A DNA stretch of 64,000 bases from Elusimicrobia bacterium GWB2_63_16 (GTDB lineage: Bacteria; Elusimicrobiota; Elusimicrobia; Elusimicrobiales; UBA9959): assembly GCA_001799715.1 (NCBI GenBank), contig MGTZ01000041.1, positions 35,420-99,419 on the forward strand. The letters run 5' to 3'. Both the position numbers and the translations under genes were made by a program. The notes beneath the pieces are model-generated. The model searched no databases, was not told the origin of the DNA, and was given only the letters and a program-made list of their open reading frames with translations. Positions 50,721-61,281 of the stretch are shown here, one piece after another; position 1 is the first letter of the stretch, and each line of letters starts with the position of its first letter.

Positions 50721-50762
50721 AGCCGCGGCGGGGGGGAATTGGTATAATTCGGGGGGGAAAAT

Positions 50763-51494
50763 ATGTGCGGCAGATACTCACAATCTTTCGACCTGGCCGA
50801 GGTGGTGAAGCGCTTCGGCCTCAAGCAGGCGCCTTTCAACGCCAAGGCCTCCTATAATATCGCGCCCGGGACGCAGGTGCCGGTGATCTGCGCGGCCGGC
50901 CTGCGCCAGATGAAATGGGGCTTCGTCCCAGCCTGGAGCGCCGGGGCTTTCGGCGCGGGGGCCTCCGTGCCGCTTTTCTCCGCCGGCAATACGCTGGAAC
51001 GCAAGTTCTCCGAAGAGACCGCCCCCGACAGCGCCGCCACGCCCGGCCGCGAAGGCTTCATCAACGCCCGCGCCGAGGGCATAGCCTCCCGCCCCGCCTT
51101 CCGCAACGCTTTCTACCGCACCCGCTGCATAGTCCCCGCCGACGCCTTCTACGAGTGGCAGGCTTCCGCCGGCGCGCGGACGCCCTACCGCATAGAGATG
51201 CGCGACAAAGGGCTGTTCGGCATGGCCGGCGTCTACGAGGAGAAGACCGGCACCTTCGCCATCATCACCGCGGCCGCCAGCGCCCTGGTGCGCACCGTGC
51301 ATCACCGCATGCCGGTGATCCTGGAGCCGCGACATGAGGCGCTGTGGGTGGACCCCCGGATGCGCGACAGCGAGACGCTGCTGCCGCTGCTGCGCGCCTA
51401 CGATTCCTCGAAAATGCATCTCTACCGCGTCTCCGACACAGTCAACGACCCCGCGAACGATTCCCCCGCCTGCGCGGAGCCGCTGCGGGCCTGA
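50763..51494 (+). CDS. SRAP (YedK/HMCES) abasic-site processing protein
   Basis: MCGRY start, YNIAP, WG, INARAE, FYEW, HHRMPVIL. Confidence 0.93.
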   Translation: MCGRYSQSFDLAEVVKRFGLKQAPFNAKASYNIAPGTQVPVICAAGLRQMKWGFVPAWSAGAFGAGASVPLFSAGNTLERKFSEETAPDSAATPGREGFINARAEGIASRPAFRNAFYRTRCIVPADAFYEWQASAGARTPYRIEMRDKGLFGMAGVYEEKTGTFAIITAAASALVRTVHHRMPVILEPRHEALWVDPRMRDSETLLPLLRAYDSSKMHLYRVSDTVNDPANDSPACAEPLRA

Positions 51495-51496
51495 CC

Positions 51497-52240
51497 ATGA
51501 CGGAAGGATTGGGAAAAGCCCGGGAGCTGCTGGCGGCCGCCAAGAAGATCCTGGTCTTCACCGGGGCCGGTGTTTCCACCGGCAGCGGCATCCCCGATTA
51601 CCGCGGTCCCGACGGCGAGTGGACCCGGCGCGAGCCGGTGCTGTACCAGGATTTCCTCGCCTCCACCAAAGCCAAACAGGACTACTGGCGCTACAAGGCG
51701 GCCACTTTTCCGGCGTTCAGGCGGGCCGCGCCCAACGCCGCGCACCTGGCCCTGGCGGAGCTGGAAAAAACCGGCCGGCTGCTGGCGCTGGTGACGCAGA
51801 ACATAGACGGCCTGCACCGCGCGGCCGGCCTCGGCGCGGACAAACTGGTGGAGCTGCACGGCTCGGGGCTGTGCGCCGAATGCCTGGACTGTTATGCCTG
51901 GACCTCCATGGAGGAGGCGCTGGACAAATTCAACGCCGACGGCGCGCCGCCGCTCTGCGCCTGCGGCGGCTGGCTGAAGCCGGCCGTGATCATGTTCGGC
52001 CAGCCGCTGGACCAGGAAACCCTGCTGCGGGCTTTCCGGGCGGCCGAGACCTGCGACCTGGTGCTGGCGGCCGGCTCTACCCTGTCGGTGGAACCCGCGG
52101 CCTCGGTGCCGCTGGCGGCCAAGTCGGCAGGGAAACCATACATAATAGTGAACCGCGGTCCCACGGCGCAGGACGCCGCGGCCGACGTCAGGCTGGAAGG
52201 CGACGCCTGCGACCTGCTCCCGGCGCTGCTGGCCTTTTAG
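51497..52240 (+). CDS. Sirtuin NAD-dependent deacylase
   Basis: GAGVSTGSGIPDYRG, TQNIDGLH, ELHG, Zn cysteines. Confidence 0.93.
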   Translation: MTEGLGKARELLAAAKKILVFTGAGVSTGSGIPDYRGPDGEWTRREPVLYQDFLASTKAKQDYWRYKAATFPAFRRAAPNAAHLALAELEKTGRLLALVTQNIDGLHRAAGLGADKLVELHGSGLCAECLDCYAWTSMEEALDKFNADGAPPLCACGGWLKPAVIMFGQPLDQETLLRAFRAAETCDLVLAAGSTLSVEPAASVPLAAKSAGKPYIIVNRGPTAQDAAADVRLEGDACDLLPALLAF

Positions 52241-52272
52241 TAGAATATCCCTGTCGCGCGGCTGCTCCAACA

Positions 52273-53841
52273 ATGAAAAACGCATTCAACATCCTCTTGC
52301 TGCTCTCCGTCTGCTGCCTGCCCGCCGCGGCCCAGCAGCCCGCCGCGCCGTCGGCCGTCCGCTCCACCGCTCCGGCGCCGGGCGGCTACGACTACGGCAT
52401 GCTGCAGTACCGGCAGGGCGACCAGGCCGGGGCCAAGCTGACCTTCATGAACCTGCTGCTCGCCAATCCCGCCGGGGCCGGCGCGCTGGAGGGCCTGAGC
52501 CTGTCCTGCATAGCCCTCGGTCAGTACGAGGAGGCCGCCGTTTACCTGGAGCAGTGGAACGCGCAGAGCCCGGGCAACCAGTACGTGCTCAGCCTGCTGG
52601 CCCGCGCCAGGGGAGGCATGAACGACGACAAGGGCGCTCTGCGCGCCTACGCCGGACTGGCCGCGCTGGACCCGCGCAACTGTTCGGCCCGGCAGCGGGT
52701 GGATTCACTTTCCGAGCGGGCCGGGGCCGCCATCTTCCCGAGGGCGCGTGCCTACCGCTCCGTCTCGCTTGAAAGCCTGGCCACCGCCAATCCGCAGCGC
52801 ATAATTTACGAGGGCTCTTCCGCGGGCGCCCGCTTCCGGACGCCGCTGCTGGCCGGGCTGGATATTTTCGGCGGCGCCGACCTGCGCACCGACGCGCAGC
52901 GCAACGCCGGCCGCGGCTTCACTTATTTTGAGATCCAGGAGCAGGCTTACTCCGCCGGCCTCTCCGGGCGTTACGGTAAAGACTTGTACTGGGAAGGCGA
53001 GTACGGGCAGTCCCTGTTCTCCGATATCGCTTCGCCAGGCGGCGAGCAGCTTTCAATGGGCCGTGCCAGGGCCGCTCTGCGCAGGCGCTCGTCCTCAATG
53101 GAACTGATCAGCCAGCCCCGGCTGGTGCGCGTCTCCGGCGGGTCGCACCTCTACAGGATACCCCGCGAAAACTCGGTCCGCGCCGAAACCGCCGGGCCGC
53201 TGCTGGGCTGGGATTGGACCGCACGCGGCGGGCTCAGTTCCCTGGCCGGCGGTACCACGCTGGGCTCTTTGGGCCTGCGCGGCCTGAAGGACTACGGCGC
53301 TTACGGTTTTTCGGCCGGCTATTCGCACGGCCAGCAGGAGTTCTACAGCGCGGCCGCCTCCGGGCGCCTGCGCTACGTGCACGCGGACCGCTTCAGCGTC
53401 GGCGTCGGCCGCGGACAGAAGGAAGTTTACAGGGCGGGGGCGACGCTCGGCCGCTCGTTCTTCTCCGACGGCAACCGGCTCTCCGAGGCCGACGGCTACC
53501 TGACGGCCTGGCTGCCCTGGCAGAAAGAGTTCTGGGGCGGCTACCGGTTCGCCCACCTTAATTTCACCAAGGGCCTCGACGGCTATGACACCCTCGACGA
53601 GACCGGCCACTGGCTCAGCGCAGGCTGGCGCCGCTGCGCCGGCTACAACTGGTCGGCCGACGCCGGCTACGAGCACGGCTACGTGACCGACAAGCTGATG
53701 TCCTACCACGCCGATCTCTATACGGCCGGGGCGGAATGGTATTCCGGCCGCGGCTCGCTGCGGCTGCAGGGCCGCCGCCGCACTACGGGCGGCCGCGGCC
53801 ATTCCTGGTCGGCCGGCCTGCAGGCCCGCTATAATTTTTAG
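52273..53841 (+). CDS. TPR plus outer-membrane beta-barrel protein (PgaA/YaiO-like architecture)
   Basis: Signal peptide, TPRs, beta-strands ending LQARYNF. Confidence 0.8.
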   Translation: MKNAFNILLLLSVCCLPAAAQQPAAPSAVRSTAPAPGGYDYGMLQYRQGDQAGAKLTFMNLLLANPAGAGALEGLSLSCIALGQYEEAAVYLEQWNAQSPGNQYVLSLLARARGGMNDDKGALRAYAGLAALDPRNCSARQRVDSLSERAGAAIFPRARAYRSVSLESLATANPQRIIYEGSSAGARFRTPLLAGLDIFGGADLRTDAQRNAGRGFTYFEIQEQAYSAGLSGRYGKDLYWEGEYGQSLFSDIASPGGEQLSMGRARAALRRRSSSMELISQPRLVRVSGGSHLYRIPRENSVRAETAGPLLGWDWTARGGLSSLAGGTTLGSLGLRGLKDYGAYGFSAGYSHGQQEFYSAAASGRLRYVHADRFSVGVGRGQKEVYRAGATLGRSFFSDGNRLSEADGYLTAWLPWQKEFWGGYRFAHLNFTKGLDGYDTLDETGHWLSAGWRRCAGYNWSADAGYEHGYVTDKLMSYHADLYTAGAEWYSGRGSLRLQGRRRTTGGRGHSWSAGLQARYNF

Positions 53842-54764
53842 TTCTTGGGCTTCTGGCTTTCCAGCCAGGTGCGGTAGGTGCGGTAGTGGTGGATCACGAA
53901 GCCGCCGAAGGCCGGTTCCGGGGTAAAAGCTTTCTCGGCCAGCGCCAGTTCCCGCTCCATGTCTCCCGCCTTCAGGTGGTAGAAAGAGACCTTCTCTATT
54001 TCGTTCTTGCCCGTTTCAACCCCGATAATAACTTTGCGCCCCAGCCCTGCCGCGTATTTCAATTCCCGGGCGGCGTGGGCTATGATGCCGTCGCGGCCTT
54101 CGGCGCGGTCGCGATAATCCATCAGCGCCAGGTAATCGTAGACGTCGGCGGCGTGTTCGCTGACCGGCTTCAGACGGCCTTCCCATTCCAGCGTGATGCC
54201 GTCCAGCCAGAACGGCACGGCTGGGCCTATCGCCAGTTCCAGGCCGCAGGCTTTCTTCAGATCCATCAGCTTGCGGCTCATCGTGAGAAACTCCAGCAGC
54301 AGCTCGTTCTTGCGGTCCTTCCACTGGTCGAGGATGTGGGGTTCGATGTCGAGGTTCACCCCGTCGAACCTGTCGGCCGGCTTTTCGCGCTCGTTATAGT
54401 CCAGCACGCGTTTCAGCATCGCCACCGCGTCGGGGTGACGGGCGGGCAGGACATATTCCTCGGTGTTGAGGTAGGCGGAACCCAGCAGGGCGTAAGTGCG
54501 GATGCCTTCGCCCCGCAGCCTGCGTATCAGGCGGCGGTACAGCCGCGGCTTCTGCGTCAGTAAATTGCGGCCCTGGAAAGAGTCGGCGTAAAGATACAGC
54601 GTGTTTATGCCCCGGGCTTTAAAAAAAGCGACAGCGTCTTTCGCGGCCGACCTGCTCTCCAGCAGGGCGTAAGACTCTTTTTCCCACATCCAGACCGCCC
54701 GGTCGGCCGCGGCCCGGGCGCAGGGCGCCAGCAGCAGGAGCAGCGCGGCGAGCAGGCTCCTCAT
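53838..54764 (-). CDS. Secreted TIM-barrel glycoside hydrolase-like protein
   Basis: AVWMW, FDGVNLDIEP, LMDYRD, GVET. Confidence 0.7.
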   Translation of the reverse strand: MRSLLAALLLLLAPCARAAADRAVWMWEKESYALLESRSAAKDAVAFFKARGINTLYLYADSFQGRNLLTQKPRLYRRLIRRLRGEGIRTYALLGSAYLNTEEYVLPARHPDAVAMLKRVLDYNEREKPADRFDGVNLDIEPHILDQWKDRKNELLLEFLTMSRKLMDLKKACGLELAIGPAVPFWLDGITLEWEGRLKPVSEHAADVYDYLALMDYRDRAEGRDGIIAHAARELKYAAGLGRKVIIGVETGKNEIEKVSFYHLKAGDMERELALAEKAFTPEPAFGGFVIHHYRTYRTWLESQKPKN

Positions 54765-57187
54765 TTGCCGCTCCCCGTGAGCAGCACCGGGATGCGGTAC
54801 TTGCCGGCGCCCACGGCCTTGCCGGTGTCCGGGTGGGAGGGAATGACGGCCAGGAAATAGCGGCCCGGCGCGACCTTGTCGGATTTGATATTCAGGCGCA
54901 GGGTGACCGAACCGTCCGGCTTGAGTTCCTGCGGCAGGCCGTAAGATTCCGTCAGTTCCCGCGCTTCGGCGGTCATCAGCACCGCCAGCGGGACGAATTT
55001 GGGCGAAGGGTCTTTGCCGGGATTGGCGAAGGTGATCTCTACCGTCAGGGCGCCGGCCCTGGCGCTCTCCGGGGCGCGCACCTCGCGCACGGCCAGCCCG
55101 GGCGTAAGGTTGTCGGTGACCGCGTCTGGCAGCCTGAGGCGGTCTTCCTGCACATAAGGCCCCAGGTCGGCCTCCGTACCTTCCGGCATCAGCGCGTTGG
55201 TCCTGGCCACTACGGCGTTGGCGGCTTTGAAGGCGGCGAACTTTTCCTTCATCACCCGCAGGGCTTCCTTGTCGGACGACTGCGGGATCTGCATGGAATC
55301 CCCCAGGCGGTAGACGGCGTCGTGGTTGAGGTACCAGTAGCCGGAAATAAAATCCACCAGGTCGGTCTTGGTCTGCATCATCGGCAGGGTCTGCACGTTG
55401 CGGAAGGAGGTCTGCGTGTCCAGGCCGGAGCCCAGCCAGGTCACGCGCCGCGGCGTCTGCAGGCCGTAGTTATGAGCCAGGAAGGCCAGTACCGACGGCG
55501 TTATGTCCAGGTGGGAGGAGACGGATTTAAAGCGGGCGGGCGCCTTCAGCATGGGCGAGAGCACCAGCAGCGGCACGTAGTAGCGCGACAGGCGCGTGCT
55601 CATCGGGATCTCCGGCAGGCGGTGGTCGCCGGTCAGGATAAAGACGGTATTGCGCCAGGCCGGGCGTTTCCTCAGCTCACCGATGAAGCGGGCGATCTCG
55701 TCGTCGAAGTAGAGGACGGAGGTGTAGATGTCCCTGTGTTTGCGGTAGGCTTCTTTCCTGTTCTCCTGTATGCCGAGGGCGTCCAGGTGCCGCTCGAAAA
55801 CCGGGTAGTAAGCCTCCTGGCCCTGGAACCTGTAGGGGGTGTGCATCGTGGAGGTTTTTAGCACGGTAATGTAAGGTTCCCCGGCCGCCCGGGCCTCGCC
55901 GGCCAGCGCGCGCGTGATCAGCTCCCTGTCGGCGTAACCCCAGGAGGTGCTCTTCTTGTAGCCGGGCCCGAAGTTCAGCTCGTCGGTGATGCTGTCGGCG
56001 CCGTTGATGGTGTAGAAGGCGCGGTCATTGTCGAAATCGGAGTTGAAGCCGCAGTAGACCCGCACGCCGTAGCCGGCTTTCTTTACTATGCTCAGCAGCG
56101 TCATGTGCGGCGGCATCTTGTCGCCCAGCTCGGCCAGGCCGTTCCTGCCGAAGGGCATAGAGCCGAACAGCGCCGGCAGCACGCCGAAGGTGCGGCCCTG
56201 GTTGGCCAGGAAATTCTCCCAGTACAGCCCTTCGGCCGCGAGCGCGTCCAGCTTGGGCGTGAAGCTGCCCAGCACGGCGCCCGGCCCGGAGAAGCCGCGG
56301 CCCAGCCCCTCGGCTATGAAGAAAACGAAGTTCGGCGCGCGGGGCGCTTTGTTGAAATAAGGGCCCAGCGCGTCATAGGTGCGCTCTTCGCGCAGGAAAG
56401 GATACTCCGTGGACAGGCTGCCCAGGGCCATGCCGGAGGAGGCCTCCGTCTTTATCACCTTCCGGCCGGCCGGGGAGAAATAGGCGGCGGTCCCGTCTAT
56501 GAAGAAGGCGGTCTTGTTCACGGCCAGGCCGAGAGCGTGCTCCGTGAGGCCGCGTACGGTGCCCGGCTGCGCCGGGGCGAAAAAGAGCAGGGGCAGCGCC
56601 GCCGCCAGCGTCAGTCCGGCCGCCCTGGCCGGAAGTTGCGGCACGGCGCGCTTCTCGATCAAGGTCAGCGCGGCCCACAGGGCCGCCAGGGCCGCGCCCA
56701 GGCCCGTGAACATGGAAACGGAAAGCGAGCCGGCGCCCTTTACCGTGGTGAAGATGTCCTTAAGGGTATAGGCGTAGAGGTCCGACCCCAGCGGCACGCC
56801 CGAGAGCAGGTAGTACTGTACCAGCGCCAACTGGAGAAGGACAAGGACGGACCAGAGCAGGCCCAGTTTAAGGCGCGAGGGCTGCCCCTTCGGAGGCAGG
56901 AAAGGCAGCGAGACCAGGAAGAGCAGCGGCAAATGCCTGGCGAGGCAGAACAGATCCAGCGCGGCGGCCGTGGCCCAGATGCGCGCCGCGGCGGCGAAGC
57001 CTATGGCGGGCTCCATGCCGGACATCAGTTCGGCGGCGCGCAGCACCAGCAGTCCGGCCAGCAGGGCCGGCAGGGCGCGGAAAAATACCGCGGCGCGTTC
57101 GCCGAGCCGGGAGGCCAGCCTTGCCGGGGCGGGTGCGGTCCTGTTCCCGGTTTGCGGCGGCGTGTTCTCCGTGTTTTGCTGGTCCAT
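54761..57187 (-). CDS. LTA synthase / sulfatase-like membrane enzyme with C-terminal Ig-like domain
   Basis: N-terminal TMs; PNFVFFIAEG, catalytic Thr in GRT, HTPY, TGDH. Confidence 0.88.
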   Translation of the reverse strand: MDQQNTENTPPQTGNRTAPAPARLASRLGERAAVFFRALPALLAGLLVLRAAELMSGMEPAIGFAAAARIWATAAALDLFCLARHLPLLFLVSLPFLPPKGQPSRLKLGLLWSVLVLLQLALVQYYLLSGVPLGSDLYAYTLKDIFTTVKGAGSLSVSMFTGLGAALAALWAALTLIEKRAVPQLPARAAGLTLAAALPLLFFAPAQPGTVRGLTEHALGLAVNKTAFFIDGTAAYFSPAGRKVIKTEASSGMALGSLSTEYPFLREERTYDALGPYFNKAPRAPNFVFFIAEGLGRGFSGPGAVLGSFTPKLDALAAEGLYWENFLANQGRTFGVLPALFGSMPFGRNGLAELGDKMPPHMTLLSIVKKAGYGVRVYCGFNSDFDNDRAFYTINGADSITDELNFGPGYKKSTSWGYADRELITRALAGEARAAGEPYITVLKTSTMHTPYRFQGQEAYYPVFERHLDALGIQENRKEAYRKHRDIYTSVLYFDDEIARFIGELRKRPAWRNTVFILTGDHRLPEIPMSTRLSRYYVPLLVLSPMLKAPARFKSVSSHLDITPSVLAFLAHNYGLQTPRRVTWLGSGLDTQTSFRNVQTLPMMQTKTDLVDFISGYWYLNHDAVYRLGDSMQIPQSSDKEALRVMKEKFAAFKAANAVVARTNALMPEGTEADLGPYVQEDRLRLPDAVTDNLTPGLAVREVRAPESARAGALTVEITFANPGKDPSPKFVPLAVLMTAEARELTESYGLPQELKPDGSVTLRLNIKSDKVAPGRYFLAVIPSHPDTGKAVGAGKYRIPVLLTGSGK

Positions 57188-57280
57188 ATTCTTTTCGTTA
57201 ACCGCGGTTTTGGCTGAAATATCGCCGCTCAAAACTATTTGCTATCATACGTAGACTGGCCGTGCTCACCTGCGGCAGAT

Positions 57281-57655
57281 ATGAAAAAACGCATACAGAG
57301 CTTTAAATACGCGGGCCGCGGCGTGGCGAAAGTGGCGGCGACCGAGATCAATTTCCGCCTGCACCTGCTGGCCGCCGCGGCGGTTACCGCGCTGGGTTTC
57401 TACTTCCGCCTGGCGCCGCTGGAATGGGCCGCCGTGCTGCTCTGCTTCGGCCTCGTTCTGTCCGCCGAGGCAATGAACAGCGCCGTGGAGCGGCTCGTGA
57501 ATTTTATCTCGCCAGGCCGGCACGAGCAGGCGGGGGAGATAAAAGACATCGCCGCCGGAGCCGTGCTGCTGGCCGCCGCGGCCGCCGCGATCGTAGGCGG
57601 GATAATCTTCATTCCTAAAATGGCCGCCCGCCTGGGCGCGCTTACTTCGCCTTAG
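57281..57655 (+). CDS. dgkA: DgkA-family diacylglycerol/undecaprenol kinase
   Basis: SFKYA..G, E.NFR.H, EAMNSAVE, KDIAAGAV. Confidence 0.9.
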   Translation: MKKRIQSFKYAGRGVAKVAATEINFRLHLLAAAAVTALGFYFRLAPLEWAAVLLCFGLVLSAEAMNSAVERLVNFISPGRHEQAGEIKDIAAGAVLLAAAAAAIVGGIIFIPKMAARLGALTSP

Positions 57656-58748
57656 CGGCCGCGTAGTAAGCCGCGAAATCTTCACATTCAGGCGCCTTCG
57701 AAAGGAAGGCGTGCACCACTGCCGGCTTTTTAACCGCGCGGATGTCCTTCATCGCGGTCTTCCTGGCGCCCTCGCCCAGCGAGACCCAGGGGCAGCTGAC
57801 CAGCGCCAGGCCGTATTTTTCAGCTATCGCCTCTTCCTTCTTTATCCACGGCAGATTGTCGGGGTTGGCCGGGTCCAGCAGCGAAACCAGTGTGTGCACG
57901 GTGCCGTTGAGGATATAGCCGAAGAATTCCTCGTCAGTGGGGTACGGGGTCAGGTAGACGTCGCGCTCCAGTTCCGTGATCGCGCCCCGCTCGAAACTCT
58001 TGAGGCCTTTCAACGTGCGCGCCGAGGAAGCGTCCAGGTTCTTTACCGCCCCGCCGGAAGCCGCCGCCAGCAGCCGCTTAAAGACGTTGACCCGGTCCTT
58101 GCCCAGGTAGCAGTGCACGTAATATTTCCCCGGTCCCCTGCGCTCCAGTTCCTTCAGGCGGGCCGTTACGTGGTCGTTGGAGGAGACCCAGGGCAGCATG
58201 GGGATGTGGATGAGTTCCAGCCCCGCTTCCCGGGCGGCGTCCCGCTCCAGTGCCAGCAGTACCGGTTCGAAAGGCACCACGGCCGGGCTCAGCAGGGAGA
58301 TGACGGCGCTATATCCTTCGGCCTTCAGCCCGGCCAGCCGCTCCTTTTCCGGGTAGGGGCCGAAGACGAATTCCGACCAGGCGGAACTCTCCGAGGTGGT
58401 CTTCATGCCGGCGTCTATCATCAGTTTCGGGTTCATCCAGAACCAGAGCGCGGCGGCGAACAGGGCCAGCGACAGCGCCGGCAGGGCGTAGCGCCGGCGG
58501 CCGGCCGCGGCTTCGGTCCTGAGCGTCAGCAGCCGGGCCAGCAGCAGCGAGACGGCCGCCAGCGCGCCGATGAAGGCCAGGACCAGCAACTTCTCCGCCA
58601 GGCCGCTCCAGCCCGCGCCGCGCGCGTAATTGGTGGCCCAGCGCACCGGCCCCATCAGCGTCAGCGTGCCCAGGAAAAAGCCCGTCAGCACCCAGTGCCA
58701 GAGAAAGAGCGCGGCGCGCCCCGCGGTGAAATCGGACGCTTTTATCAT
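57642..58748 (-). CDS. Membrane protein with tandem PTP/DSP-like domains
   Basis: 3 TM, then two GPYP/TPYP...ISLL repeats; HCYLGKDR (CX5R) in the first, HAFLSK in the second. Confidence 0.75.
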   Translation of the reverse strand: MIKASDFTAGRAALFLWHWVLTGFFLGTLTLMGPVRWATNYARGAGWSGLAEKLLVLAFIGALAAVSLLLARLLTLRTEAAAGRRRYALPALSLALFAAALWFWMNPKLMIDAGMKTTSESSAWSEFVFGPYPEKERLAGLKAEGYSAVISLLSPAVVPFEPVLLALERDAAREAGLELIHIPMLPWVSSNDHVTARLKELERRGPGKYYVHCYLGKDRVNVFKRLLAAASGGAVKNLDASSARTLKGLKSFERGAITELERDVYLTPYPTDEEFFGYILNGTVHTLVSLLDPANPDNLPWIKKEEAIAEKYGLALVSCPWVSLGEGARKTAMKDIRAVKKPAVVHAFLSKAPECEDFAAYYAAAKAK

Positions 58749-60163
58749 ACTGTTGTTCCCTTCTTTTCGAAGACCCGCCTGTCCTGCGTGCCCCAGTCCT
58801 TCTTGCGGAAGGTGACCGTGGCTACCAGGCGCTCCAGCAGCATGATCTGCCTGTAGCCGAAGAACTCGGCGGCCGACAGCACGCAGAGGCGCAGTATGTC
58901 GGAGGTCTTCTTATAGCGCCTGAAATTGTAGATGTCCAGGAAGACGGCCCCGATATTGATGGAGATGCCCCAGAACACGGCCAGCAGCACCAGCATGACG
59001 AAGAAGCGCTCGTTGAGCATGCCGAAATAATAGAGTATCGGAATCGACACATAGCCGAAAAGCTCTATCAGCGGACCCAGGAATTCCACGAAGACGAAGT
59101 AGGAGATGCCGATGAGGCTGGTGGCCCCGTACTTGCGGTTGAGTATCATGACACGGTTGGCCAGCAGTGCGTCTATCATGCCGCGGTGCCAGCGGTTGCG
59201 CTGCTTGAGCAGCATGCGCAGGCTGAACGGGGCCTGCGTCCAGCAGACCGGGTCCGGCACGAAGAGGATCTTGTAGGGTATGGCGCGGTCCCGGCAGTGC
59301 CGGTGCAGGCGCATCACCAGGTCCATGTCCTCGCCGACGGTCTTGCGGTAGCCGTTGACGGCCACCACCATGTCCTTGCGGAACACGCCGAAGGCTCCCG
59401 AAATGATCAGCAGGCTCTTGAGCGCGTTCCAGCCGGTGCGGCCGGAGAGGAAGGCGCGCGTGTATTCCAGTACCTGCATGGCTTCCAGGAAGCCGCGCGG
59501 CAGGCCGATCTCCGTCACGGAACCGTCCTGCACCTTGCAGCCGTTGAGGATGCGGATGATGCCGCCGGTGGCTATCAGTTCGTCGTCCTCCAGGAACAGC
59601 TTGGAGGACTTGAGCAGCGCGTCCGGCTCCAGCAGCGAATCGGCGTCTATGGAGCAGAAGATGGGGTAGGAGGAGACATTGATGCCCGCGTTGATGGCGT
59701 CGGCCTTGCCGCCGTTGACTTTGTCCACCACTATGAGGTGGCTGTAGGCGGCGGAGCGGTACACGCCGCGTATGGCCTCGTGCGGCACCTGGAGGCGCAC
59801 CGGCTTGGCGCAGGACTGCAGGCTGAAATCCAGCCGCAACCGCTCCAGCGTATCGTCGGTGGACCCGTCGTTGACCACTATCACCTCGAATTCCGGATAA
59901 TGCAGGTTGAGCAGCGCCTGCACGCTCTGCGTGATGACGGCGGCCTCGTTGTGGGCGGGCACTATGACGGAGACCGGCTTGAAATAGAACTCGCTGGCCA
60001 GCTGGCGCCTGGCCACGCGCGAGGTGGTGAGGTAGGCGTGGCGCACTATGTCGCGCAGCGCGAGGAAGATGAGCGCCGTGTAGACCGAATTGACTACGAG
60101 GAAGTAAAGGAAGACCACGTACTGCGAGGCGTGGACGGCTATCCAGAGCAGAAAAAGTTTCAC
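58745..60163 (-). CDS. Processive GT2 glycosyltransferase (PgaC-like)
   Basis: VPAHNE, NDGSTD, GGKADA, IDADS, GEDMD, QRNRW; GTG start. Confidence 0.93.
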   Translation of the reverse strand: MKLFLLWIAVHASQYVVFLYFLVVNSVYTALIFLALRDIVRHAYLTTSRVARRQLASEFYFKPVSVIVPAHNEAAVITQSVQALLNLHYPEFEVIVVNDGSTDDTLERLRLDFSLQSCAKPVRLQVPHEAIRGVYRSAAYSHLIVVDKVNGGKADAINAGINVSSYPIFCSIDADSLLEPDALLKSSKLFLEDDELIATGGIIRILNGCKVQDGSVTEIGLPRGFLEAMQVLEYTRAFLSGRTGWNALKSLLIISGAFGVFRKDMVVAVNGYRKTVGEDMDLVMRLHRHCRDRAIPYKILFVPDPVCWTQAPFSLRMLLKQRNRWHRGMIDALLANRVMILNRKYGATSLIGISYFVFVEFLGPLIELFGYVSIPILYYFGMLNERFFVMLVLLAVFWGISINIGAVFLDIYNFRRYKKTSDILRLCVLSAAEFFGYRQIMLLERLVATVTFRKKDWGTQDRRVFEKKGTTV

Positions 60164-61248
60164 GCGGCCTCCTGGGTGAGGGCGTAGGCCGCCGCCGAGG
60201 CCGCGAAGGCGTCGGGGCCGGCCGCCGCTTCCCGCAGTGCCACGCGGCACTTGTTGTCCCCTTTAGCCAGCGCCAGCGCGGCGTTGAGCCGCACGTGGTA
60301 ACTTGGGTCGTTCAGCATGGCCCGTATTTCGGGGAGCATGTCCATGCAGCAGAGATGGGCGTGTTTGAGGGCTGCCAGCCGCACGCGCCAGTCCGGGTTC
60401 TTGAGCGCCTCCGCCGTGACCGAGAAATCTCCCACCCGCGCCAGCGCCTTGACGGCGGATATCAGTATCTCCGGCTCGCCGGGGAAGGCCGCGTAGTACT
60501 CCCTGAGCAGGCCGCGGCCCCGCTCGCAGCCGGCGGCGTAGCAGGCCGTGATACAGTCCCGCTTCACCAGGTTCAGCACGGTCTTGTCGTGCATGATCTC
60601 CCGCATGAAGATGCCGAACTCGGCCTCGCTGCCGGAGGCCTTGAGGGAGGTGATGATGTTGTAAAAGATGTCCTCGGTGTATTTAGCCGTCAGGTAGGGC
60701 AGGCCGGAGAGCAGGCGCGCCAGGGCGCGGATGTCGGCGTGTTCGCGCGCCAGACGGCTGAGGCCGTAAATGATGCGGTAGCGCACATCCAGCGCGGGCT
60801 CGCTGCGGAATACGGCCAGGAAGAATTCCCGGTTGCTCTTCAGTCTGAACGAGGAGAGGATGTCGATGGCGTTGCCGCGCTTGTACCAGACCCGGTGCCT
60901 GGCCAGGCGGCGGTAATGATCGTCTATGCCCAGGTCGGAGATGAGCTTCACCGCCTTGACCGCGATCTCGCCCTCGAAGCTGTCCAGCACGCTGGCTATC
61001 GCCTCGCTGTAGGCGGCGAACTCTTCCTCTTTGATGGGCCTGGGCAGCAGCTCGGCGGGATCGGTGGCGGTGATGAGGGCCGTGGAGGCCAGCCGCTTGA
61101 GGTTCTGGCGCTTTACCTCGGAGCGCTCCACCCGGGCCTTGTTCCAGAGCAGGAAAAGGACCTCGGCCACGTTGAAGACGCCGAGCAGCAGCACGGCGGC
61201 GGTCACGTAGTCGTAGAAATGCGGGGACTGGGTGAGTATCTCCAGCAA
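60160..61248 (-). CDS. Membrane-anchored HEAT-repeat protein
   Basis: N-terminal TM; DWRVRLAAL, YHVRLNAALAL. Confidence 0.85.
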   Translation of the reverse strand: MLEILTQSPHFYDYVTAAVLLLGVFNVAEVLFLLWNKARVERSEVKRQNLKRLASTALITATDPAELLPRPIKEEEFAAYSEAIASVLDSFEGEIAVKAVKLISDLGIDDHYRRLARHRVWYKRGNAIDILSSFRLKSNREFFLAVFRSEPALDVRYRIIYGLSRLAREHADIRALARLLSGLPYLTAKYTEDIFYNIITSLKASGSEAEFGIFMREIMHDKTVLNLVKRDCITACYAAGCERGRGLLREYYAAFPGEPEILISAVKALARVGDFSVTAEALKNPDWRVRLAALKHAHLCCMDMLPEIRAMLNDPSYHVRLNAALALAKGDNKCRVALREAAAGPDAFAASAAAYALTQEAA

Positions 61249-61281
61249 GGTTCGCCTCGGGGCGCCGGGGCGCCGTACCTG

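Noticed and set aside
51497..52240. Sirtuin as a Thoeris/SIR2 anti-phage effector
   Set aside because: It is a classical Zn-binding CobB-like deacylase with no defence partners adjacent.
51334..52272. 835-aa ORF spanning the sirtuin and TPR-barrel genes
   Set aside because: The upstream part is an alternative frame over the sirtuin; the signal peptide begins at 52273.
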